DNA from: an uncultured delta proteobacterium
GTDB taxonomy: Bacteria; Myxococcota_A; Polyangia; Haliangiales; Haliangiaceae
Direction of reading: 5' to 3'
DNA: 64,000 bases
NCBI GenBank assembly: GCA_963848295.1
Contig: CAWKDB010000010.1
Span: 3,424,001 to 3,488,000 of the forward strand
The notes below the pieces were generated by a model. That model ran no database searches. It was not told the origin of the DNA and was given only the letters and a program-made list of their open reading frames with translations. Each line of letters opens with the position of its first letter. The stretch's first letter is position 1. Of the stretch, positions 49,751-60,432 are shown one piece after another. Made by a program: the position numbers and the translations under genes.

Positions 49751-52102
49751 GTGGCCGCCGCGATCGCCGACTGGTTGTGGGGCTGGGACCCGACGCCAGG
49801 GATCGTCTCGGTCGCCGCGGAGCCGGACGGCCGCGCGATCGTGTGGCGACGCAGCGCGGGCGAGCTGATTCGCGAAGACGTGCGGTTTCGGCCGTGGATG
49901 CTCGTCGCCGATGCGGCGGATCTCGGGCCGGCGGTCGGCGTGCACGAGCTCTCGGGTCCGGGCGCGCTGCGCTACTTCGTACGCGCCGACCATCTCGACG
50001 CACTCACCGCCGCGGTGTTGCGCGCGGAGTCGCGGCGGAGGGGCTACGGCGTTCGCCACCTGCGCGATCTGCCCGACGACACCGCGCTCGCGTTACCGCC
50101 CGAGGAGCAGTACCTCGTCACGACCGGTCGCGTGTACTTCCGCGGCCTGTCGTACGACGAGCTCCATCGCCTCCAGTTCGATCTCGAGACGACCGGGCTC
50201 GATCCGGACCGCGATCGGATCTTCCTGATCGCGGTGCGCGATCCGGATGGCGCGACGACGATCCTCGAAGCCGAAGGCGCCGGCGACCGCGATGCCGACG
50301 AGGCGGCGCTGATCGCGCGGTTCGTCGCCCACGTGCGTTCGGCCGACCCGGACGTGATCGAAAATCACAACCTGCACGGCTTCGATCTGCCGTTCCTCGA
50401 GCGTCGCGCACGGCTGCTCCACGTACCGCTCGCGCTCGGTCGCGCCGGGCCGCCGGGATTGCGCGCTCGCCCCGCTCGCCGCGGTGTCGCCGCGCGTGCC
50501 GGCGATGCCACGCGCAAGGTTCGCTACACGATCGTCGGCCGCGAGCTGATCGACAGCATGGATGCGGTGCGGCGTCACGACTTCGCCGCGCACGATCTGC
50601 CGAGCTACGGGCTCAAAGCGGTCGCGCGCCACTACGGCCTGGCCGAAGCCGAACGCGAAGAGCTTCCCGGGGCGCAGATCTACGACGTCTGGCGCCGCGA
50701 TCGCGCGCGGGTCGTGCGCTACGCCTCGTCCGACGTCGCCGAAGCGGCGGCGCTCGCCCGCTTGCTCGGCGGCGGCACGTTCGCGCTCGCGCAGATGGTG
50801 CCGCGGCGCTACGAGCGACTCGCCGAGACCGGCGCGGCGACCGGCATGGTCGATCCGCTGCTCGTGCGCGCGTACATTCGCTCGGGCGCCGCGCTGCCCG
50901 GACACGAGCCGAGCGACGGCACGCCGCACAGCGGGGCAGCGCTGCATCTGTTCGCAGCCGGCGTCGCGCATCGCATCGTCAAGGCCGACGTCGCGAGCCT
51001 GTATCCGTCGTTGATGCGGTCGTATCGGATCGGGCCGGCGCGCGACCGTCTCGGCGTGCTGCTCGCGCTCGTCGATCAGCTCGTCGAGCAACGGCTCGCC
51101 GCGAAGGCGCTCGGCAAGGCGGCGCCGCCGGGCTCGGCCGAGCGGTTTGGCCACGAGGCGGTGTCCGCGGCGATGAAGCTCGTCGTCAACTCGGCCTACG
51201 GCTATCTCGCGGCCGGCAGCTTGACGCGCTTCGCGGACGTCCACGCGGCGAACGAGGTGACGCGGCGCGGCCGCGAGGTGCTCGCGCTGCTGTGTCGAGA
51301 GCTCGCGGCGCGCGGCACGACGTTGCTCGAAGCCGACACCGACGGCGTGTACGTCGCGGTGCCCGAGGCGTGGATCGAAGCCGACGAGCGCCGCGTCGTC
51401 GCCGAGGTCGCCGCGCTGCTCCCCGACAAGGTCCACCTCGAATACGACGGGCGCTACGCCTCGATGCTGTCGCACGAACCGAAGAACTACGCGCTCCAGC
51501 GCTACGACGGCGGGCTCGTCATGCGCGGCGTCGCGTTTCGATCGAGTCGGGCCGAGCCGTTCGGCGAGCGGTTCCTGCGCGACGCGATCACCCGGTTGTT
51601 CGCGGGCGATGTCGCCGGCGTGCGCGAGGCGTATCTCGCGACGATCACCGCATTGCGCCGGCGCGCGATCGCGACCCGCGACGTGGCCGCGCGAGCGCGG
51701 TTGACGAAGCCACCGGCGGACTACTACGCCGCGCGCGAGTCGAGGCACGAGCCGCCGTACGAAGCGGTGATCGCGAGCGGGCGCGCGGACTGGACTGTCG
51801 GCGAGCGCGTCCATGTCTATCGCGCGGTGCGAGGTCGTCCCGCGGTGCTCCCCGAGGATGCCGATCCTCGCGACTACGACGTCGAGCACTATGTTCGCCT
51901 GCTGCGCGACACGTTCGCGACGCGCCTCGTGCGTGCGCTCGAGCCCGACGACTATGCCGCGGTGTTCGCGGATCCCGATCAGCTGTCGTTGTTCGCGCGT
52001 CCGCTGCACGCGGCGCGTCCGATCCTGACGGCGCTAGCGCGCGAACCGGGCGTAGAGCTCGAGGTAAGCGTCGACCATGGTCTCGGCGGAGAATCGCGAT
52101 AG
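49751..52102 (+). CDS. Family B DNA polymerase with 3'-5' exonuclease
   Basis: ExoI DLETTG, ExoII HNLHGFDLPF, ExoIII YASSD, motif A DVASLYPS, motif B KLVVNSAYG, motif C ADTDG. Confidence 0.92.
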   Translation: MAAAIADWLWGWDPTPGIVSVAAEPDGRAIVWRRSAGELIREDVRFRPWMLVADAADLGPAVGVHELSGPGALRYFVRADHLDALTAAVLRAESRRRGYGVRHLRDLPDDTALALPPEEQYLVTTGRVYFRGLSYDELHRLQFDLETTGLDPDRDRIFLIAVRDPDGATTILEAEGAGDRDADEAALIARFVAHVRSADPDVIENHNLHGFDLPFLERRARLLHVPLALGRAGPPGLRARPARRGVAARAGDATRKVRYTIVGRELIDSMDAVRRHDFAAHDLPSYGLKAVARHYGLAEAEREELPGAQIYDVWRRDRARVVRYASSDVAEAAALARLLGGGTFALAQMVPRRYERLAETGAATGMVDPLLVRAYIRSGAALPGHEPSDGTPHSGAALHLFAAGVAHRIVKADVASLYPSLMRSYRIGPARDRLGVLLALVDQLVEQRLAAKALGKAAPPGSAERFGHEAVSAAMKLVVNSAYGYLAAGSLTRFADVHAANEVTRRGREVLALLCRELAARGTTLLEADTDGVYVAVPEAWIEADERRVVAEVAALLPDKVHLEYDGRYASMLSHEPKNYALQRYDGGLVMRGVAFRSSRAEPFGERFLRDAITRLFAGDVAGVREAYLATITALRRRAIATRDVAARARLTKPPADYYAARESRHEPPYEAVIASGRADWTVGERVHVYRAVRGRPAVLPEDADPRDYDVEHYVRLLRDTFATRLVRALEPDDYAAVFADPDQLSLFARPLHAARPILTALAREPGVELEVSVDHGLGGESR

Positions 52103-53131
52103 CGCGACGGCGCGACCCTTGGCGCCCATCGCGCGGGCGAGCTCCTGATCGCCGGCGAGCTGGCCGAGCGCGGTGGCGAGCGCGGCTTCGTCGCCCGGAG
52201 ACACGAGCAAGCCGGTGACGCCGTGCTCGATCACCGCGGGCAGACCGCCGACCGCGGTCGCGACGACCGGCAAGCTCGCCGCCATCGCCTCGGGCACGAC
52301 CAGCGGCAGGCCCTCGCTCTTCGACGGCAGCGCGAACACGTCGAACGCCGGCATCAGTCGCGGCACGTCCATGCGGGGACCGGTGAGCACGACCCAGCGC
52401 GGGTCTGGCAGCGCGGCGACCGCGGCGTCGAGCTCGCCCCGGCTCGGCCCGTCGCCGACGATCACGAGCCGCACCCGCGACGACAACCGTGGCGCCAGCG
52501 CACGCACGAGCGCGATCTGGTGCTTGTTGGGATCGAGCCGACCGACCGTGCCGACGACCCACGCGTCGCCGAGCCCGAGCTCGACGCGAGCGGCCGCGCG
52601 CGCTTCCGGATCCGGCGCATAACGCCCGAGCCGGATGCCGTTCGGGATCGTGTGCAGCCGCGCGGCGGCGACATCCCGAGTGACGAGCGCCTGGGCCGCG
52701 GTCGCTTCCGACACCGCGACGAACGCATCGACGAGTCTCGCCGACAGCCGGCGCAACGCGAGCTGACCGCGCGACCCCGCGTTGACCCCGTGCTTCGTGT
52801 GGACGAGCACGGCCCGCACGAGTCGTGCAGCGGGAGCGGCGTAGATCAACGGATTCGGATTGTGGGTGTGGACGATATCGGCTCGCAGTCGCCGCAGCGC
52901 GCGCGCGAGCCGCGGCACGAGCCCGAGGTCGATGCCGTCGCGCTTGATCACGCGCTCCATCGCGATGCCGGCCGCGCGGAACTCGTCGGCCATCGCACCG
53001 TCGGGGGGCGGCGCGAACGAGATCACGCTGACGCGATGACCGCGCGCACGTTGGCCGATCGCGAGATCGAGCGCGACGCGTTCGCCACCGCCCACGCCGA
53101 AAGACGACAGGATGTGGACGATCGACCACAA
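52034..53131 (-). CDS. Glycosyltransferase family 4
   Basis: GGGER, VGRL..NK, EGLPLVVPEAMA, VGG. Confidence 0.92.
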   Translation of the reverse strand: MWSIVHILSSFGVGGGERVALDLAIGQRARGHRVSVISFAPPPDGAMADEFRAAGIAMERVIKRDGIDLGLVPRLARALRRLRADIVHTHNPNPLIYAAPAARLVRAVLVHTKHGVNAGSRGQLALRRLSARLVDAFVAVSEATAAQALVTRDVAAARLHTIPNGIRLGRYAPDPEARAAARVELGLGDAWVVGTVGRLDPNKHQIALVRALAPRLSSRVRLVIVGDGPSRGELDAAVAALPDPRWVVLTGPRMDVPRLMPAFDVFALPSKSEGLPLVVPEAMAASLPVVATAVGGLPAVIEHGVTGLLVSPGDEAALATALGQLAGDQELARAMGAKGRAVALSRFSAETMVDAYLELYARFAR

Positions 53132-53157
53132 GCGCGACGTACGTTACCATCATCGCG

Positions 53158-53763
53158 ATGTCCGAGACCGCCACCGACGAGATCGCCGCGCTCGAGGCGC
53201 TCGGCATCGCGCTCGATGGACCTCGGCAAGGCGAGCTCGACGCGGCGTGCGCTCAGATCGCTCGCCGGATCGTGACGGAGCGCGTGCGAGTGATCGGGTT
53301 CGTGCCAGCGGACGATCGCGTCGCGGTGCCGCCGTTGCTCGTCCACCTCGGGCTCGCCTTGTGCAACCTGACCGGTGCGACGGTCGCGGTCGTCGACGCG
53401 AACGTGCGCTATCCCGGACTGCCCCAGCTCAACCGCGGGCTCCAGGTCGATCACGAGCACTCGGTGTTCTCGACCCGATGGCTGCGCGGGTCGCTCGCCC
53501 TGCTGTCGCCGCCGCGGGTCGAGCGCGCCGGTGAAGTCGTGCCGCAGCTCACGCGCGTGCTCGTCGATGGCGCGGATCTGTTCGCACACGTGCTCGTCGA
53601 TCTCACCGGCTTCGAGCTGCTCGGCGAGCACGCGAGTGCCGCCGCCGGGATGGACGCGGTCGCGGTGGTCGGTCGAGCGCATCGCACGCGGGAGCGCGAG
53701 CTCGTGGCGCTTGCCGAGGTGATGCCGCACGGCCGGTTCCTCGGCGTCTTGCTCGTCGGGTGA
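53158..53763 (+). CDS. Degenerate CpsD/CapB-like tyrosine (pseudo)kinase
   Basis: VVDANVRYP and VLVD retained, Walker A absent, C-terminal LGVLL. Confidence 0.55.
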   Translation: MSETATDEIAALEALGIALDGPRQGELDAACAQIARRIVTERVRVIGFVPADDRVAVPPLLVHLGLALCNLTGATVAVVDANVRYPGLPQLNRGLQVDHEHSVFSTRWLRGSLALLSPPRVERAGEVVPQLTRVLVDGADLFAHVLVDLTGFELLGEHASAAAGMDAVAVVGRAHRTRERELVALAEVMPHGRFLGVLLVG

Positions 53764-53784
53764 AGCCATGTTCTCCTCCGTCCG

Positions 53785-55067
53785 ATGCGTTCACTGGAGC
53801 AAGAGAAGATCGCGGTCATCGGGCTCGGCTACGTCGGCCTGCCGGTCGCGTTGTCGTTCGGTCGTACGTTGCCGACGGTCGGCTTCGACATCCGGCAACG
53901 CCGGATCGACGATCTCAAGAAAGGCCAAGACGAGACGCGCGAGGTCACGTCGCATCAGCTCACGGCTGCGGCGAAGCTCGAGCTGACCGCCGATCCGAAG
54001 CGGCTGGCCGAGTGCACGTTCTACATCGTCGCGGTGCCGACGCCGATCGACGCCAACAACCGACCGGATCTCACGCCGGTGATCCACGCGAGCAAGACGA
54101 TCGCGCCGCACCTTCGCCCCGGCGATTGCGTCGTCTACGAGTCGACCGTCTATCCCGGCGTCACCGAGGAGATCTGCGGACCGCTGCTCGACGCGGGCTC
54201 GGGGCTCAAGAACGGCGTCGATTATTTCTTGGGCTACTCGCCCGAGCGGATCAACCCGGGCGACAAAGAGCACACGTTCGAGCGGATCCTGAAGGTCGTC
54301 TCCGGCCAGAACGCCGAGACGCTCGATCGCGTCGCGCGAGTCTACGGCTCGGTCGTCACCGCCGGCGTGCATCGCGCGCAATCGATCAAGGTCGCGGAGG
54401 CCGCGAAGGTGATCGAGAACACGCAGCGCGACTTGAACATCGCGCTGATGAACGAGCTCGCGCTGATCTTCGATCGCATGGGCATTCGCACCGGCGACGT
54501 GCTCGAAGCCGCAGGCACGAAGTGGAACTTCCTGAAGTTCTCGCCCGGACTCGTCGGCGGTCACTGCATCGGCGTCGATCCGTACTACCTGACGACGAAG
54601 GCCGAGGAGCTCGGCTATCTGCCCGAGGTGATCCTCGCGGGTCGCCGGATCAACAACTCGATCGGACCGTTCATCGCGCAGAAGTGCGTCAAGATGTTGA
54701 CCGCGATCGACGTGCCGCTTCGCAAGGCGAAGGTCGGCATCCTCGGGCTGACGTTCAAGGAGAACGTGCCCGATCTGCGCAACTCGAAGATTCCGGACAT
54801 CGTCGCGGAGCTCAAGCAGTACGGCATCGACGCGATGGTGCACGACCCGCTCGGCGATCCGCACGAGGCGCAAGACGAGTACAAGATCGTGCTCGCGCCG
54901 ATCGATACGTTCACGCACCTCGATGCGGTGATCGTCGCGGTCGCGCACTCCGAGTACATCAGCGACGTCGCCGCGATCTACGCGCGGGTCGCAGATGGAG
55001 GCGTCGTGATCGACGTCAAGGGCGTGCTCACGACACAACCACCGCGCGGCATCCGACTCTGGAGCCT

Positions 55068-55071
<4 letters not shown>
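53785..55071 (+). CDS. UDP-N-acetylhexosamine 6-dehydrogenase (TviB/WbpO type)
   Basis: GLGYVGLP, ESTVYPG, SPERINPG, GGHCIGVDP, FKENVPDLRN. Confidence 0.93.
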
Positions 55072-56099
<1,028 letters not shown>

Positions 56100-56110
56100 G
56101 ATTGTCGGCG

Positions 56111-56353
56111 ATGGCCGACGACGAGCTGCCGAAGCCCGAACCAAAACCGATCGACGAGAAGCTCGCGCTCGAGCTCAAGCACCTGTCGGAAGACGCGGTG
56201 CTCAAGGGTCAGCCGTACGGCGACGAGAAGTGCGGCAACTGCCTCTACTACCTCAACGCGGACGACAAAATCGCGTACTGCTGGCATCCGAAGCTGCGCA
56301 TCCTCGTCGGCACCGAGTGGTGGTGTCAGTGGTGGGAAAAGGTCGACGAGTAG
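56111..56353 (+). CDS. HiPIP-like small 4-Cys protein without signal peptide
   Basis: Read manually: ...CGNCLYY...YCWH...V...WWCQWW. Confidence 0.7.
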   Translation: MADDELPKPEPKPIDEKLALELKHLSEDAVLKGQPYGDEKCGNCLYYLNADDKIAYCWHPKLRILVGTEWWCQWWEKVDE

Positions 56354-56362
56354 ACCGCCGCG

Positions 56363-57136
56363 ATGCGCATCGAAGACCGAGAGATCGACGGTCCCGAGCT
56401 CGAACGCGCCCAGAATCTGCGCGCCACCGAGCTCGACGAAGGCAACGATCAGGCCGTCAACGATCACGGGACCGAGCTCGAGACCGAGCGGCGCACGACC
56501 GTGCTCGGCGCGATGAAGGCGATCTTCGCAGGCAATCATCTCGCGCTCGAGGGGCTGAAGCTGCCGGCGCGCGAGCTCGCGGCGCTCGAGGCGCTGAGCG
56601 AAGCGGTGGAAGGTCGCGACGCGTCGCTGTCCAAGTACATGTACGCGACCGATCGCAGCGACCTGCTCGAGCAAGCGCTCGCGGTGCTGCAACCGAACGT
56701 CGCGGAGCTGCCGGCATCGTTCGCGGTCGTGATCGAGCGGGTCGGCAGCTTGCGCAAAGATCTGCGCGAGCTCGGCGACTCGCAGGACGAGCTACTCGCG
56801 GGGCACCACGAGCTCGCGCAGATGAAGGGCAAGCCCGACGATCCCGACGCCAAGCCCGATGATGACGTCGATGCCGCGAAGCCGGCGAGCACGCTCGACG
56901 GGCCGGAGCGCGTCGAGCCGAAGAAGCCGCCAAGCACGCTGACCGGGCCCGACGTGCCCGAACCGAAGAAGCCGCCGAGCACGCTCGCTGGCCCGGAGGC
57001 GCCCGAGCCGCCGAGGCCCGCGAGCGATCTGTACGACGCGAGCGCCGACGAGTCCGAGCCGATCGCGCCGTCTGCGAAGTCCGCGGATGCGGCCTCCGAG
57101 CCTAAGAAGCCTTGGTGGCGGAGGCCGTTCGGATGA
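56363..57136 (+). CDS. Hypothetical protein with C-terminal 13-aa tandem repeats
   Basis: (K)PPSTL.GP..PEP x3-4, ends KKPWW; coupled to the ATPase. Confidence 0.7.
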   Translation: MRIEDREIDGPELERAQNLRATELDEGNDQAVNDHGTELETERRTTVLGAMKAIFAGNHLALEGLKLPARELAALEALSEAVEGRDASLSKYMYATDRSDLLEQALAVLQPNVAELPASFAVVIERVGSLRKDLRELGDSQDELLAGHHELAQMKGKPDDPDAKPDDDVDAAKPASTLDGPERVEPKKPPSTLTGPDVPEPKKPPSTLAGPEAPEPPRPASDLYDASADESEPIAPSAKSADAASEPKKPWWRRPFG

Positions 57137-59214
57137 GCGACGCCGACACCGAATTCGAGCTCGAGAACATTGTTCGGCAGTTTCGGCTGTTCGCCGAGGG
57201 TGCGCTCGTACGCAGACTAAACGCCGGCGCCGGGTTTGCCGACTCGAGGATCGCGTCCCAGATCTATCTACGGGACGAATCGGCATTGGCGCGAATCGCG
57301 GGTGGGACGCTTCGGCCGCAAGGGACGCATCGCAAGGCCGCCGACGAGATCCGCGTGGCGCTCGAAGCGGCCGACCGCGACGCGATGGACCGCGCGGGGC
57401 GAGAAGGGCGATGGACGCGGCTCGTCCGTGGCTTCAGCGAGCTCTCGGGCAGCGGGCCGTACTTCACGCTCGGGTTAGCGATCGCCTACGCGATCGATCA
57501 CGACGTCCGCGAGCTCTGCCACGCGCTGGCGGCGCGGCGGCGTCCGGGGCTTTACCTCGAGACCTGCGCAGACATCTTCGAACAAGAGCCGCCTCCGCCG
57601 ACGCGGACGATGGAGGCGCTTCGGGGATTGCCGCTTCTTCGCAACGCTCGGCTCATCCACGCTTCGGGCGACGGCCTCGATGCCGCGATCGAGGTCGCGC
57701 CGCAAGTGCTCGCGTGGCTGATCGGCGACGGCGAGGTCGACCCGCCGTGCGAGCTGCTCGCGGCGGATGCCGACCTCGGTGTCGTCTTGACGGGGCCAGT
57801 GGCCGCCGCGATCGATGCGCTCGTCGCGCGCGCGGATAACAAGATCGCGATCGTCCTTCGTGCTCCGCGTGGCTCCGGTCGGAAAGCCGCCGCGCATCGC
57901 CTCGCGCGCGCTCTCGGCCGTCCGCTGTTCGTCATTCCGGTGCCCGACATCGTGAAGCAACCGGGTGCAATCGCCGATGCACTATGTGCTGCGCGCCTGC
58001 GCGGCGCCGTGCCGTATCTCGCCGATGCCGACGCGCTCTACGACGCCGCAGGGGCGATGGCTGCCGACCACGCGCTCGCTATCGCCGACGTCCCGGGCGT
58101 GATCGCAGTCGGCTCGACTGGGCGCGGCGGTCACCTCGAGCTCAAGCGCCCCGCGCTGATTGTCGCGATGCCTAGGGTCGAGCTCGACGATCGCGAGCGT
58201 GCATGGAGCGCGAGCCTCACCACGCACGGCGGCCCGGTCGGCGACGCCGCCGAGCTCGCCGCGCGCTACGTCATCGGGCCGGGCGTGATCGCCGACGTGA
58301 TCAGCGAGGCCGCGAAGTACGCCACCGCCGCCGGCACCGCGCTCGATCTCAAAGCGCTCGAAGTGTCGGTCGCGCGCCGCCTGTCGCTCCGGCTCGGCAC
58401 GTTCGGCTCGATCGTCGCGCGCAAGGCGCTGTTCTCGGAGCTCGTGCTGCCCGATGACGTGCTCGACACCCTGCACGACATGATCGCGATGGTGCGCGAA
58501 CGCTCGTTGATCCTCGAGCGCTGGGGCTATCAACGCCACCTCGGCATCTCGCGCGGCGTCGCAGGCCTATTCTCGGGCGAGCCCGGCACTGGCAAGACGA
58601 TGGCGGCGTCGGTCGTCGCGTCGACGCTCGGCCTCGAGCTCGTGCGCATCGACCTGTCGGCGGTCGTGTCGAAGTACGTCGGCGAAACCGAGAAGAACCT
58701 CGGCCGGATCTTCGACGAAGCACAAGACTCGCACGCGATGCTGTTGTTCGACGAGGCCGACTCGCTGTTCGGTAAACGTACCGAGCTCAAGAGCGCACAA
58801 GATCGGTTCGCGAACCTCGAGGTCAACTACATCTTGCAGCGGATGGAGACGTTCGACGGCGTCAGCGTGTTGACCACGAATGCCGAGTCCGCGATCGATC
58901 CGGCGCTCCAGCGCAGACTCAACTTCCGAATCCGCTTCCCCGAGCCCGAGCAGGGCGAACGCGAGCGGCTGTGGAGGCAGTTGCTGCCACCGGCGACCGG
59001 GCTGCACGACCGCGTCGACTTCAACTCACTAGCCGAACGCTTCGACATGACGGGCGGTTACATCAAGAATGCGATCGTCCGCGCCGCGGTGATCGCGGCA
59101 CGCGCCGGCCGCGACATGGCCGCAGAAGATTTGTGGCTCGGCGCGCATCACGAGTACGTCGAGATGGGTAAGGTCATGCCGCAGTTGGATCCCCCGTCCG
59201 GAGGAAGCCTATGA
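57133..59214 (+). CDS. AAA+ ATPase (degenerate + intact module)
   Basis: APRGSGRK; GEPGTGKT, SKYVGETEKNL, LLFDEAD, DRFANLEVNY. Confidence 0.9.
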   Translation: MSDADTEFELENIVRQFRLFAEGALVRRLNAGAGFADSRIASQIYLRDESALARIAGGTLRPQGTHRKAADEIRVALEAADRDAMDRAGREGRWTRLVRGFSELSGSGPYFTLGLAIAYAIDHDVRELCHALAARRRPGLYLETCADIFEQEPPPPTRTMEALRGLPLLRNARLIHASGDGLDAAIEVAPQVLAWLIGDGEVDPPCELLAADADLGVVLTGPVAAAIDALVARADNKIAIVLRAPRGSGRKAAAHRLARALGRPLFVIPVPDIVKQPGAIADALCAARLRGAVPYLADADALYDAAGAMAADHALAIADVPGVIAVGSTGRGGHLELKRPALIVAMPRVELDDRERAWSASLTTHGGPVGDAAELAARYVIGPGVIADVISEAAKYATAAGTALDLKALEVSVARRLSLRLGTFGSIVARKALFSELVLPDDVLDTLHDMIAMVRERSLILERWGYQRHLGISRGVAGLFSGEPGTGKTMAASVVASTLGLELVRIDLSAVVSKYVGETEKNLGRIFDEAQDSHAMLLFDEADSLFGKRTELKSAQDRFANLEVNYILQRMETFDGVSVLTTNAESAIDPALQRRLNFRIRFPEPEQGERERLWRQLLPPATGLHDRVDFNSLAERFDMTGGYIKNAIVRAAVIAARAGRDMAAEDLWLGAHHEYVEMGKVMPQLDPPSGGSL

Positions 59215-59802
59215 CCGACGACATGATGCCGGAGAAGAAGGACAACCGCCCGCTCGCGATCGGGCTCGCCGTCGTCGCTGCTGCGTGCTTGCTGTTCGCG
59301 AGCTTCACGCAGAAGTGGCTCGTCAATACCCAGCTCGAGGTTGGGTTCGGCCTGCGCAGCAATCACGAGTGCGCCGGACCCGACTCGTGTCGGTCGGAGT
59401 CGAACAGCGCGCTAGTCAGCGAGCTCCAAGAAGCGGAAGGCAATTCCGACAACGCATCGGGAGCGTTCGCCCCGATGGGCTGGGTCACGTTCGGCGTGCT
59501 GATCGCCGCTGCGCTCGGCTTGCTCGGCGCCGCCGGCCTCGCTGCCGCGAAGAAGAAGCCGAGCTGGCCGATGGCGCCGACCACGGTCGCGTTGCTCGGC
59601 TTGATGATCTCGCTGATCACCGGCTGCGTGTTCGTCGCGACGAAGCCCGGCCCGGCTGGTGCGGTAGGTGTCGGCCTGAGCTTCTGGTTGTTCGGCGCCG
59701 GCGCCGTGCTCGGCATCGCGGCGGCGCAGATGCTCGCGAAGATCAATCGCCCCGACGATCCGGAACTTGATGGCCGGCGCGATGAACCCGGACCAGTTCT
59801 AG
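59211..59802 (+). CDS. 4-TM membrane protein with apparent 1-nt frameshift near its end
   Basis: Four TM segments. The frame-shifted tail LMAGAMNPDQF* ends at the stop of the convergent gene. Confidence 0.65.
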
Positions 59803-60416
59803 CCGGTCTTCTTAGGGTTCGCCGCAGCGGGCTTCGCGACGAGCGCGTCGATCTTCTTCGGCTTGACCACCTTCGGCTTCGCGGTGATGAACCCGAAACC
59901 CGCGCCGAGGATTCCGCCGAGGATGTGCGCACCGTGCGCGATGTTGTCGTTGTTCGCGAAGCTGCGATAGATCTCGCCGCCGAGATAGATCGCGGCGACG
60001 GCGATGAAGGTCAGTGGGATCTCGCCCATCCGCATGTTCCCGGTCGACGCGAGCACGATCATCATGAACGCGACGCCGCTCGCTCCGAGCAGCGGGTGAG
60101 TACCGAACGCGAGGTTCGCGAGCCCGCCGAGCAGCGCGGTCACGACGATCATGACGAACAGTCCGAAAGACCCGTAGCGCTCCTCGAGCAACGGCCCGAC
60201 GAGCAGGATGATCATGAAGTTCGACAGCAGGTGCTCCCAGCTCGCGTGGCCGAGCGCGTAGCTCACGAGGCCGACGTAGGTCTTCGCGCCGTCGAGGTGC
60301 GGATACGACACGAACCACGAATGCTCCGATTGGGGCAGCATGTACGCCACGATCGCCGCAATCGCGAAGGTCAGGATGACCGGTGCGTTGTAGGAGATGC
60401 GCAGCTTCACGATCAA
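59799..60416 (-). CDS. Rhomboid family intramembrane serine protease
   Basis: HASWEHLLSN, GASG, AHILGG. Confidence 0.92.
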   Translation of the reverse strand: MIVKLRISYNAPVILTFAIAAIVAYMLPQSEHSWFVSYPHLDGAKTYVGLVSYALGHASWEHLLSNFMIILLVGPLLEERYGSFGLFVMIVVTALLGGLANLAFGTHPLLGASGVAFMMIVLASTGNMRMGEIPLTFIAVAAIYLGGEIYRSFANNDNIAHGAHILGGILGAGFGFITAKPKVVKPKKIDALVAKPAAANPKKTG

Positions 60417-60432
60417 ACCGTAGCACGCGAGA

